IMG/VR virus record: IMGVR_UViG_3300034073_002120
DNA: 64,000 nucleotides
DNA from: a virus
Lineage: Duplodnaviria; Caudoviricetes
Reading direction: 5' to 3' (one strand)
This document shows, piece by piece, positions 55,301 to 64,000 of the stretch (positions within the stretch are counted from its first letter, which is position 1; every line of letters starts with the position of its first letter). Under the pieces are notes generated by a model, which was not told where the DNA came from, made no database searches, and was given only the letters and a program-made list of their open reading frames with translations. A program made the position numbers and the translations under genes.

Positions 55301-57037
55301 TTAAATGAATTTTTCCGTATCATCGATAATATTAGTCTCATCTAACATATCTTTTGTTTCGTGTAGATATTTACGTTTTGATGAAATCCCATTGATAAAA
55401 CTTTTAGCTTTATGTTCTGATGTTCGACTACGTTTTCCTGTTCTTTCATTATCACCTAATGGGTCTCTTCCATAAGGATGTTTATCTTTACCATATGTAT
55501 TACCTTCTCGTGGTCTTCCCACTTTAGCACTAAGTTCAGTTTTTAAATTTTCTAAACTTTCTTCAACATCGGTTTGTTGTGGTGGGTTTGCAGGGTCATT
55601 ACCATCATTTTCAATTGAATTATAACGGAATGTATCTTTTAAATCTTCTACAATCTTACCACGTTGTTCTGTTTGTTCCGTTTCAGACATTTTGAAAATA
55701 TTATCGTAAATCCAATCTTTTGACAACATTTTTAAAGATTGCATATCAGTAGCCAAACGAATCTTTTCAGACCATAAGTTTACTTTTTCTTGCTCATAAA
55801 TTGTTGAAGGATTTACTAATTGAATTTCAAAATTAGCCATTTCTGAATCCTGTATTCCATTACCATATAAATGTATTACACCGATTCTTGATAATTCTGA
55901 TATAATTGTTCTTTGTATTCTTTCGATTGTTCTAGCGAAACGAACGTCTTCTGCTGCAAGGGTTGCTTTACCATTTACATTTTCTTCATATCCCAAATAT
56001 GCTTTTGGAATTTTTAATGCAGCAAATAATTTACCCTTTAAGTATTCAATATCTTCGGTTGCCGTGTACTCTAAACCACTTAGGTTTTCGATGTTAGTTC
56101 CACTATCACCACCTCTTACCGGTAGATAAAAATCTTCCGTTAAGTTTTGCATATTATATTTTAAGTTATAATCACCAGTATCCTTATTTACAAAAGGAAC
56201 TTTTTTCATCTTACTGATGATTTTTTGCATGTAGTTGTCAACTTCGGTAGGATTGATATTACCTATATCGATTTTAAACACTCTTTTTTCTGGTGCTCTC
56301 ATAATACGATGGATTAACATCGCATCTTCCATTAAACTCAATTGTTTCCATAATCTTCTACCATTCTCAACCATAGATTTACCATAAGGTAACCAGTTAG
56401 TATCTGATAATAGACGGAAGTGAGCCATTTCAAAATTATCATAATCTACTTTACCAATAGCATCATCCATTACTCTGAATTTAACCATATGTGGATTGGT
56501 TGGGTCATGTCCCTCAATTCGTTCGGTATTATATTGTGAATATGGAGTAACATTTACAATACCCTTACCCTCTGCTATTTCTAATCCCAAAAAGAAATCA
56601 CCATACTTACACATATTGCGAACCCATGGCCAAAGAGTAAATTCGATATTTAAAATATCATAGTATAAGTTTTCTAATAATTCTTGAACACGTGGATTAT
56701 CAGAACGAATAATCAACATTTCACCGAATTCATTTTTTAATGTAGATTCATCAGCGTAAATATCTAATGCAGATGCAATAATTGGGTCTTGGTCCATTGC
56801 ATCATAATCTCTAAATACTTCTCTACGAACTTGTTGATACGCCATTGATTGTGCACCACCAGCTTGTTCGTAAAAAGATTTTTGTAGTTTTGTGTATCTA
56901 TCTCTTAATGATGATAGGTTAGTTTCTTGTCTTTCATCAAAATCAAAAACTTTTCTTTTACCATCGGGCGTAACAGTAACGATAGCCTTTTGGGAAAAGA
57001 GTTTTCTTAACCTACCAAAAAATGAAGTATCTGCCAT
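55301..57037 (-). CDS. Portal protein (gp20-like)
   Basis: QLSLMEDAMLIHRIMRAPEKRVFKIDIGN, EDFYLPVRGG, LFAALKIP. Confidence 0.95.
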   Translation of the reverse strand: MADTSFFGRLRKLFSQKAIVTVTPDGKRKVFDFDERQETNLSSLRDRYTKLQKSFYEQAGGAQSMAYQQVRREVFRDYDAMDQDPIIASALDIYADESTLKNEFGEMLIIRSDNPRVQELLENLYYDILNIEFTLWPWVRNMCKYGDFFLGLEIAEGKGIVNVTPYSQYNTERIEGHDPTNPHMVKFRVMDDAIGKVDYDNFEMAHFRLLSDTNWLPYGKSMVENGRRLWKQLSLMEDAMLIHRIMRAPEKRVFKIDIGNINPTEVDNYMQKIISKMKKVPFVNKDTGDYNLKYNMQNLTEDFYLPVRGGDSGTNIENLSGLEYTATEDIEYLKGKLFAALKIPKAYLGYEENVNGKATLAAEDVRFARTIERIQRTIISELSRIGVIHLYGNGIQDSEMANFEIQLVNPSTIYEQEKVNLWSEKIRLATDMQSLKMLSKDWIYDNIFKMSETEQTEQRGKIVEDLKDTFRYNSIENDGNDPANPPQQTDVEESLENLKTELSAKVGRPREGNTYGKDKHPYGRDPLGDNERTGKRSRTSEHKAKSFINGISSKRKYLHETKDMLDETNIIDDTEKFI

Positions 57038-57048
57038 ATTTTATTATT

Positions 57049-57471
57049 TTACCATTTTCTGCAAGACCAATATCTAGCTTTTGTTCTTGGACCTGGTTGG
57101 TCACAATTATGTCTTGCTCTAAAAGATTTTCTTCTTTCAGGATTATTTTTCTTAATGTTCATTCCCGGTTGACCGAAATTTACTTTAACTACTTTTCCTG
57201 TCTTTGGGTTTTTAACATAAACTTTAAACTTCTTAACATCACCTTGCATTGGTTTACCCAATTTCACTTCTCTACCTTGATATTCCGCTTCGTAAACACA
57301 ATTACAATTTGCTTCTTGTAATTCGGTTGTGTAAGATTTTAGAAAATTTAAAAAATCTTCTTCATCTTCATCTTCCACATCTAATTCATCGTAATCCAAA
57401 AAATTGTGTTCTGGTTGGTCAAATGGATAATCTTCCACTTCCTCTTTGATTATGTTTTTTAACTTTATCAT
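57049..57471 (-). CDS. Conserved protein: acidic N-half, basic Cys-containing C-half
   Basis: MIKLKNIIKE start; EAEYQGREVKLGKP...RRKSFRARHNCD...ARYWSCRKW. Confidence 0.8.
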   Translation of the reverse strand: MIKLKNIIKEEVEDYPFDQPEHNFLDYDELDVEDEDEEDFLNFLKSYTTELQEANCNCVYEAEYQGREVKLGKPMQGDVKKFKVYVKNPKTGKVVKVNFGQPGMNIKKNNPERRKSFRARHNCDQPGPRTKARYWSCRKW

Positions 57472-57518
57472 GATATATTTCTCCTATACACTATAAATAT
57501 ATACATTTTTTTATTTGA

Positions 57519-59105
57519 TTATTTTATTAACCACGATAAATCTTCTGTTCCACTACCAACTCTCATTTGCCATGGATTTTCATCAAATGAACTATTACCA
57601 CCAAACCCACCAATATCGGTTACACTTTGATTTATACCACCCAAAGCCTGTTTAGTTAAATCTATACCTTCTTGTCTTAATCTTAATGCAGTATCTCTAA
57701 CCCATAAACCAATTGAAAGAGACATTACCAAGTCATCATTATATCCTTTCATTGCTTCAGCACGATTACCATTCCATATAAATGTAAATAACTCATCTAT
57801 CAACCTTGTAGAACGGATTGTAAAGGATTTCTCTCTTAGGTAATCATCTAACTTAGAAATAATTAATGGACGGGTTTTAGAGGTAGTAGAGAACCCAGCA
57901 ACCATACCTCTTTCTTCTGCTCGGAACTTATTTGTCATTTGATGAGCAACATCTACATATTTTAAATCCTTACTCATATAAAATAAGTTTCCATATCCTC
58001 TATCAATTACTTGTTGGATAACCGCCCAACCAATATTTGCGTTCTCCACAACTAATAATGCGTTGTTGTAATCAGTTGATAATGAAACTAAGAAGTTTCC
58101 AAAATCTTTTGTATCTAATTTACCTTTATACTCAGCAACTTGCGTTGAATTCACTACATCAAATACTTGTGCAGTAGAATAATCGGCTCCATCGCCACGA
58201 GCAACGTCGGCAACTACCATATATGATTGATTGTAATCTGGATATTCCCATTTCCAAAGATTTCCATCGAACCCGGTCTTCTCTAAAGGTTCTTGACAAT
58301 ACGTTTCTCTATAAAATTGTAATAATGCAGGGTCAATGACAGTATCACCGGAACTTACAAAGTCACAATCACACTCTTGTGCAGCACCTTTAGGTCCTAA
58401 TAACCTTTCTTGTTCATCTCTCCATGCTTGTCCACGCTCAGGGTGAACTGACCAGTGTAAACGAATTGTATTGAAACCATTTCTACCTTCTTCTGCACCT
58501 ACCCACGTTCTATGAAAGAAATTACCCACACCATTAGGTGTAGAAAGGATAATTGCATTACCACCCGTTGATAAAGTAGATTGTGCAGAAATCCAAATCT
58601 CTTCAATACTATCGATGAACGCAGCCTCGTCAAATACTAAGAGTGATAAGGCTTCAGAACGACCCGCATCTCCTGCTGCAGAAGTTGCTTTTGCCTGTGA
58701 ACCATTTGAATATCGTAATGAAAGTTTATTATCTTCAACTGTTGTTTGTTTTAACCAACTTGGTAAGTATTGGTTCATTACCCTAATCTTTGTGATAAGG
58801 TTTTTAGCAACTTCTTGTTTAGTTGCAATTACCAATACGTTAAAATCTTGATTAAACAACATCTTCCATAATGAGAACCCCGCAACTAAGGTTGATATAC
58901 CTGTCTGACGGGATTTAAGAACGATGTTGTAACGATTATCCTTAAAATCAGTAAGAGTATCCTCTTGGAAAGGATATAAGTGAAATGGAATCTTACCTCG
59001 TACCGGATGTTGAATCATACAATACTTACGCATGAAATAAATCGGGTCACCAGCACATTTCTGATACTCAATCTTTATAATATCTTTTAATGATGCACCT
59101 GCCAT
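57519..59105 (-). CDS. terL: Terminase large subunit (gp17-like)
   Basis: KSRQTGIST Walker A, LLVFDEAAF Walker B, STPNG, ADVARGDGADYS, NDDLVMS nuclease motifs. Confidence 0.97.
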   Translation of the reverse strand: MAGASLKDIIKIEYQKCAGDPIYFMRKYCMIQHPVRGKIPFHLYPFQEDTLTDFKDNRYNIVLKSRQTGISTLVAGFSLWKMLFNQDFNVLVIATKQEVAKNLITKIRVMNQYLPSWLKQTTVEDNKLSLRYSNGSQAKATSAAGDAGRSEALSLLVFDEAAFIDSIEEIWISAQSTLSTGGNAIILSTPNGVGNFFHRTWVGAEEGRNGFNTIRLHWSVHPERGQAWRDEQERLLGPKGAAQECDCDFVSSGDTVIDPALLQFYRETYCQEPLEKTGFDGNLWKWEYPDYNQSYMVVADVARGDGADYSTAQVFDVVNSTQVAEYKGKLDTKDFGNFLVSLSTDYNNALLVVENANIGWAVIQQVIDRGYGNLFYMSKDLKYVDVAHQMTNKFRAEERGMVAGFSTTSKTRPLIISKLDDYLREKSFTIRSTRLIDELFTFIWNGNRAEAMKGYNDDLVMSLSIGLWVRDTALRLRQEGIDLTKQALGGINQSVTDIGGFGGNSSFDENPWQMRVGSGTEDLSWLIK

Positions 59106-59106
59106 A

Positions 59107-59766
59107 TTACAAATAATGTTCCAATTTGTTTTCTTTTAAAATTTCAAATGCTTTATTACGAAATTCTTCTACTTTAATAAGTTCTTCTTTACCGAACTCA
59201 ATCATTTCCATCAAATCCGCTTTAACTTCATCTACTGATTGTGGTAATTCCCATTTTTCAGTAGTTCCATCTTCATTCACATATTCGTAAAATGGTTTTA
59301 CATCACTATATGCTTGTTGAAGTTCTTCTAATTTAATTTTACCATCAATCAACATACGAGTATATATTTTATAATCCTCATATTGTTCCCAAAATCCTAA
59401 TGCACGAATTTTAGTTTCGATTTCTGCTAAACAATTAGCACAATAACCTGTTTTTTTGATTAGAGTTTTGTGAGTAGGTGTAAATTTGATTGTTTTACAA
59501 TTTGGACTTTTGCATTGAGATTGCTCATCTCGCCATTTACGAAGTTCTTCAAATGCTTCTGAATTTTTAGAAGTCTTTAAAGTAAATCCTTCTTTCTTTT
59601 CATATCTATGATGTTCGTCTTCCCAAACATCACCAACTTTACGTTCAATCTTATCGGCGTTCCATCCTAATGTGGTATTAGTTTCATAATCAGAACCATG
59701 TAACACCATATCAACCAACTTTCTACGAGTTGGATGCATATATTTCTTTTTAAACTCTTTCGCCAT
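59107..59766 (-). CDS. Hypothetical protein with CxxxxC/CxxC pairs
   Basis: CKSPNC and CANC; immediately upstream of terminase. Confidence 0.7.
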   Translation of the reverse strand: MAKEFKKKYMHPTRRKLVDMVLHGSDYETNTTLGWNADKIERKVGDVWEDEHHRYEKKEGFTLKTSKNSEAFEELRKWRDEQSQCKSPNCKTIKFTPTHKTLIKKTGYCANCLAEIETKIRALGFWEQYEDYKIYTRMLIDGKIKLEELQQAYSDVKPFYEYVNEDGTTEKWELPQSVDEVKADLMEMIEFGKEELIKVEEFRNKAFEILKENKLEHYL

Positions 59767-59824
59767 TATTATTATATATTAGGTTTTTATTTTAATATAG
59801 ATAAATATGGCGAAAGAGTTATTT

Positions 59825-62800
59825 TTAGTAAAAAATACCCAAAAGTTGATTTAATGATGCGAACGCACCAGTTAGTTTGAACGTTTGTCCGTTGTATATG
59901 AATACAATACCTTCAATTGGAACTATTTTAGATGGTCCACCGATTGCATTCAATCTTTTTAATTCTAATTTTAATTTTTCTATTTTTTTAGGGTCACCAC
60001 TTGCTTCTACATCTTTGATAGTTTGGTCTAATCTCTTTTTCATATCTCTAACAGCCTTGTCAGGATTTACTGTCAATACTGATGATGTGAATTGTAGAAC
60101 TTCTGCACCTACTCCTAAGAAAATATCTTCGAATTTCATTAGATTATCTTTTGCAATTCCTTTTTGGTCTTCCTTATCCATCTTAGTTGCCCAAGCAAGT
60201 GTTTTCTCATCCACAATTGTATTCTTATCAATACGGAATCCTTTATCACCGAATGCCCATCTCTTTACCAATCCAATTTTAGTGGTATTATCTAATGTTG
60301 ATGGTGATTTTTTATCTACATAGTTTTCCCACCACGCTTGATGATATTCAGCAACACCGGCAGTATCACCTAATCCAAATTCTTTTTGTAATTTAGATAT
60401 TTTAGCAAGATACTTTGGTTTCTTAGATGAAAGGTCTTGTGATTTCGGTAATTTTAATACAGGTGGTCCTTGTAAAGTGTAATTATCTTGTACATTCTGT
60501 TCGATTTGTTTAATCATACCACCCAATACTCTACCTGCTTCTGCAGATTCACCTACTGCGTTACCACTTTCATCATACTCCATAGTTCCGTGAAATACTA
60601 ATAAAGGTTGACCATATGGTATAACGTTTACCGATGTTGGGTATATCACCTCAATATTCATAAAACATGCACCATTCTTAAAAATCTTTTCTTTTTGTTT
60701 ATCTGATAGTGATGATATAGCCTTTGTTAAATCTTTCATTGCAAAGTTATATGCTTTTTCTAATTCACCTCTTCCAGCAAACTTAGTAGCAACACCACTA
60801 ATATCTAATGCATTTGCACCTCTATTTGCTAAGTGTGATTTATTACGAGCTGCAACTAACTTACCATTTACCCAACTGATTGCTAATGCCTGTCCATCGG
60901 TCTTCTCTCTAGCTAATTCTAAATTACCTTCTAATGCACGATTTACAATATCTTTTAATTGACCAAATGTTAAATTGATTTCAGTATCAAATGGATGATT
61001 CATATGTCCATATGCACCACCTTCATTTATTATTACTTCTTTTACTGGTTCATATCCTCTATCTTCATCATCTTTTGTATCAGTTTGATGACCAGGTTGT
61101 TTTTTTCTTTTATCATCAAAATCAATTGTATCTAATTCTGCAGGATGTCCATAATCCGGTGCATATGTAGAGGTTTTGTGATGATGCATAAAATTATGCT
61201 CAACATCAGTTTCTGCTTTATGATTTTTTGAATTTATTGATTCAAATGCTTTAGGTGTTTTTACTTTATACCAACCACCACCAGGAGTTCTAAATATTCT
61301 AGCAGGTATTTCTAATACCCCGTTTGCAGGTAATTTAGAACGATATTTACTATCTATATGAACTACTTTAGTTATGAATACTTTTGTTTTATTATTTGAA
61401 CCCAATAATTCAACTTCTATTTTAACCGGTTGACCACCAATTTTTATAGTTCCTGCAAATATTTCACCCTTAGTAAGTTCATTTATATCATCATCTTCTA
61501 AATCTGGTTGTCCTGAATCTTTTGTTGGGAAATTGGTTTTACCTCTATATTTGTTTGGATTAGTTCCGATTGCAGTATGGTAATCCCAACCAGTTCCATA
61601 GTTAAAACTTTGTGGAACTCTACCTTCTTCAATTGATGCTAGGTTTGTATAATATTTTGGGTCTTCAAAAAGATGGTCTAACGCTATTTCCTTTGCAACA
61701 TCACTATCAGTTGTATGTTCTCTTTCAACTTTATATCCTTTTTTGAACTCATCGGTTATATCTTCAATTGATACATTATGTTTTGTAGCAATATCACTTA
61801 AAGATAATCCTTTTGCCAATCCGCCAGGTATTTTATCCACTTGAACTGCAATTTCAACGGAAAGAGTTGGGTTAGATGTTTTGAAATCATCCTTTCTCAT
61901 TACTGTTTTTGCAATAATTTGATTTGCTTGTTTAACAAATGGAATGTTTATATCATATCTCTTGTCTTTAACAACAATTTGATTATACTTTTCTAAAAAC
62001 TCTTTAAATTCTTTTTTATGACGTGCTAATCTCTTAAAAAATCCTGTCAATTCTGGTTCTGATATTTCTTTACCATTACGAGTATCATTTACTCTATCAA
62101 AGAAGTGTTTAGTAAATTCAATATCTTCTGGTGATAGTTGTTTCTCTGCATATTTCTCAATTTGATTTAATTGAGAATGACTCATTTCGGATACATTTTG
62201 TTTTTCGTTGTACGAATCTATTGCTTTCTCCATTACATCTGCAGGAATTTCCATATTTTCTAAACCATCTGCTATTTTATCTGAAAATAACATAAGTAAT
62301 CGTTCTTCTTCATTTACATCTGCAAATAATGCTGCTTTTCCTGCTCCCATTGCTAATGTTTCTGCAATAATATGAGGAACAAACTCTACTGCCAAATGTT
62401 GTGCAAATGGTAAAACTCCATGTGATAATCCACCGGTTGCGATTCCAAAAATTGCTGTGGTGACTATTTTTTTACCAACATCAACTAATGCTTTTTTCTC
62501 ATCTTCCGATACACCTTTACCACTTACAAAATTAGCAACACCTTTACCTGCTGTTTTAAATAAATGTGCTTCATGTTTAAGTCCATGAACAATAGCATTT
62601 CTAGCACCCTTTGTTTTATCTCTTAATGCCTCACCCCAACTTCTACGTTCATCCGATTTTGGTTTATCCTGATGTTTTGTAAAGAATTCTTTTTCTTTTT
62701 CTGCCCAACCACTAATCTTTCTTTTTAAATTCTTTACACTATACTTTGAAACATCAGCACCACCATCTTCTGGTTCCGAACCTTTATTAAATACACCATC

Positions 62801-64000
62801 ATAATCCATTACTTTCACCGGTAATTTCTTACCATACGCAGTAAATGACATTAAACGAGTATTTCCTGCAACTAAATGTAAATCACCATTTTTATCTCTT
62901 AAAGCAATTGGTGGTGGAACGTTATTTCCTTTTTGAATACCTTTTTCTAATCTATTCCAATCCTTACCATATTCATCTGCAAGTTCTTTACCTCTTGCTT
63001 TCATAGCATTAGAACCACCTTCTTCACTTGCAGAAAGAATTTCACCAACATCGGTATTACTCATATTCTGCATATCTTCGGATGATAAGTAAATAGGTTT
63101 TGCTGCTTTCATTTTCTGAATCATATCTGTTTCATCTTTGAAAGCATTTGGTGCAACGTTTTTAGTTACATCATTTTCAAAATATTCACCAGTCTCACCT
63201 TGATATTCTTCATCACTATAATCTCTAATATTTTTTACCTTTGCACGGTCATCATCTAAGATTTCCCAACCATCTTTCCCACTTGTCCAATCTTCTTTTG
63301 GTTTAGCAGGTTGTTGTTTAACACTTTTGTCGTGTTTAAACATATCTGCACCTTGTATTGCTTGACCAGTTGGTTTTGTTTTTTGTGTAGAAGGTTTATC
63401 TGATTTTAATTCAATATATTTACCACTATCATCTTTTTCAAATGTAGGTGCGTTTTGGTCTTTCTCCTTACCTTTCTCTTTATACTTTCCATACCCAACG
63501 TGCACGTATTTATCATCGTCATTTCCTTCCAATAAATCTAATAATTGAGAATACTCACTAATTAGTTCTTCTACTATATCTTTCTTTTTAGCTTTTTGTT
63601 TTTTCACTTTTATTTTCTCTACTGGTTTTGTTACATCAATATCAGATGGTGCATATGGATATGTTGTTGCTTCAAAATCCGCTCTTGCGTTGTTTTTTGA
63701 TTTAATTTTAAATGTGAATTGGTCTTCATCATCTTTAGCAAATATTGCATCTGCTTTTGGAAAATCAGTTTGAGTATATCCGCCTCTTACAAACCACTCA
63801 TCACTACTATTTACACCATCATCTGCACCTAATTTACGTTTTTTACCTTTTGGTAAATAACCACCATCTGGTTGCGAATCTTCACCACCACTTGCTATAG
63901 CAGTTTCGTTAAAAATATTTTGTTTTGGTATTATTCTGAATGTGGTTGCTTTTTTACCATTTATAGTTGGCATTCCATGTTCATCTTTACCGATTGATTT
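59825..64000 (-). CDS. Giant multi-module protein, 5'-truncated by window edge (ParB-like domain, EHT/DHL module, C-terminal KxDG ligase-like domain)
   Basis: Frame is open from 64000 (KSIGKDEHG-MPT...). PPIALRD..GDLHLVAGNTRL; VEREHT...IALDHL.EDPKYY; GGAYGHM.HP...EKTDG. Confidence 0.8.
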   Translation of the reverse strand, partial: KSIGKDEHGMPTINGKKATTFRIIPKQNIFNETAIASGGEDSQPDGGYLPKGKKRKLGADDGVNSSDEWFVRGGYTQTDFPKADAIFAKDDEDQFTFKIKSKNNARADFEATTYPYAPSDIDVTKPVEKIKVKKQKAKKKDIVEELISEYSQLLDLLEGNDDDKYVHVGYGKYKEKGKEKDQNAPTFEKDDSGKYIELKSDKPSTQKTKPTGQAIQGADMFKHDKSVKQQPAKPKEDWTSGKDGWEILDDDRAKVKNIRDYSDEEYQGETGEYFENDVTKNVAPNAFKDETDMIQKMKAAKPIYLSSEDMQNMSNTDVGEILSASEEGGSNAMKARGKELADEYGKDWNRLEKGIQKGNNVPPPIALRDKNGDLHLVAGNTRLMSFTAYGKKLPVKVMDYDGVFNKGSEPEDGGADVSKYSVKNLKRKISGWAEKEKEFFTKHQDKPKSDERRSWGEALRDKTKGARNAIVHGLKHEAHLFKTAGKGVANFVSGKGVSEDEKKALVDVGKKIVTTAIFGIATGGLSHGVLPFAQHLAVEFVPHIIAETLAMGAGKAALFADVNEEERLLMLFSDKIADGLENMEIPADVMEKAIDSYNEKQNVSEMSHSQLNQIEKYAEKQLSPEDIEFTKHFFDRVNDTRNGKEISEPELTGFFKRLARHKKEFKEFLEKYNQIVVKDKRYDINIPFVKQANQIIAKTVMRKDDFKTSNPTLSVEIAVQVDKIPGGLAKGLSLSDIATKHNVSIEDITDEFKKGYKVEREHTTDSDVAKEIALDHLFEDPKYYTNLASIEEGRVPQSFNYGTGWDYHTAIGTNPNKYRGKTNFPTKDSGQPDLEDDDINELTKGEIFAGTIKIGGQPVKIEVELLGSNNKTKVFITKVVHIDSKYRSKLPANGVLEIPARIFRTPGGGWYKVKTPKAFESINSKNHKAETDVEHNFMHHHKTSTYAPDYGHPAELDTIDFDDKRKKQPGHQTDTKDDEDRGYEPVKEVIINEGGAYGHMNHPFDTEINLTFGQLKDIVNRALEGNLELAREKTDGQALAISWVNGKLVAARNKSHLANRGANALDISGVATKFAGRGELEKAYNFAMKDLTKAISSLSDKQKEKIFKNGACFMNIEVIYPTSVNVIPYGQPLLVFHGTMEYDESGNAVGESAEAGRVLGGMIKQIEQNVQDNYTLQGPPVLKLPKSQDLSSKKPKYLAKISKLQKEFGLGDTAGVAEYHQAWWENYVDKKSPSTLDNTTKIGLVKRWAFGDKGFRIDKNTIVDEKTLAWATKMDKEDQKGIAKDNLMKFEDIFLGVGAEVLQFTSSVLTVNPDKAVRDMKKRLDQTIKDVEASGDPKKIEKLKLELKRLNAIGGPSKIVPIEGIVFIYNGQTFKLTGAFASLNQLLGIFY

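Noticed and set aside
737-59807. T4-type TATAAATA promoters driving plus-strand (antisense) transcription
   Set aside because: There are no plus-strand genes and the motif sits just upstream of minus-strand starts, so the minus-strand reading is more parsimonious, though antisense use is not formally excluded.
278-60323. All plus-strand ORFs in the track
   Set aside because: They overlap convincing minus-strand genes, have low-complexity hydrophobic composition typical of antisense frames, and lack promoter or RBS context.
1-64000. Stop-codon reassignment
   Set aside because: Core genes are intact under code 11, and TAG ends genes at 2034, 43090 and 43501 at sensible boundaries, one followed by a terminator.
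1-64000. tRNA or rRNA genes
   Set aside because: No cloverleaf or T-loop GTTC signature in an intergenic context was seen; intergenic gaps are short and explained by promoters and terminators. A tRNAscan run would be decisive.

Overview
A 64 kb segment of a large T4-like (myovirus) bacteriophage genome, very AT-rich. Essentially all real genes are on the minus strand; the plus-strand ORFs in the track are antisense shadows. In transcription order (right to left) it contains: a giant multi-module protein truncated at the window edge, terminase, portal, a cluster of putative internal head proteins, prohead protease, ribosomal protein bS21, scaffold, major capsid protein, a GIY-YIG endonuclease, a small accessory islet, neck proteins, a long Ser/Gly-rich fibre cluster with a glycosyltransferase and a Hint-domain protein, sheath, tube, tail assembly chaperone, tape measure and baseplate genes. 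An early/accessory region follows (PhyH dioxygenase, small ORFs, compact PolA, secreted nuclease, a second fibre cluster, an unannotated small lipoprotein, a DUF1599-like protein and a gp32-like SSB). A Bacteroidota host is inferred from TTTG-N20-TAnnTTTG promoters, a D-(S/T)-x lipoprotein and a Gln-starting secreted protein. The most interesting signals are: (1) phage bS21 lacking the aromatic residue implicated in anti-Shine-Dalgarno sequestration, while major virion genes carry AGGAG sites and early genes and bS21 itself do not, suggesting a translational switch; (2) a probable +1/-2 programmed frameshift in the tail assembly chaperone; (3) head-cluster proteins with a shared N-terminal tag and shuffled modules bounded by protease-type xxE sites; (4) a non-splicing Hint domain in a virion protein. 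All product calls come from visual motif recognition; no database search was run.
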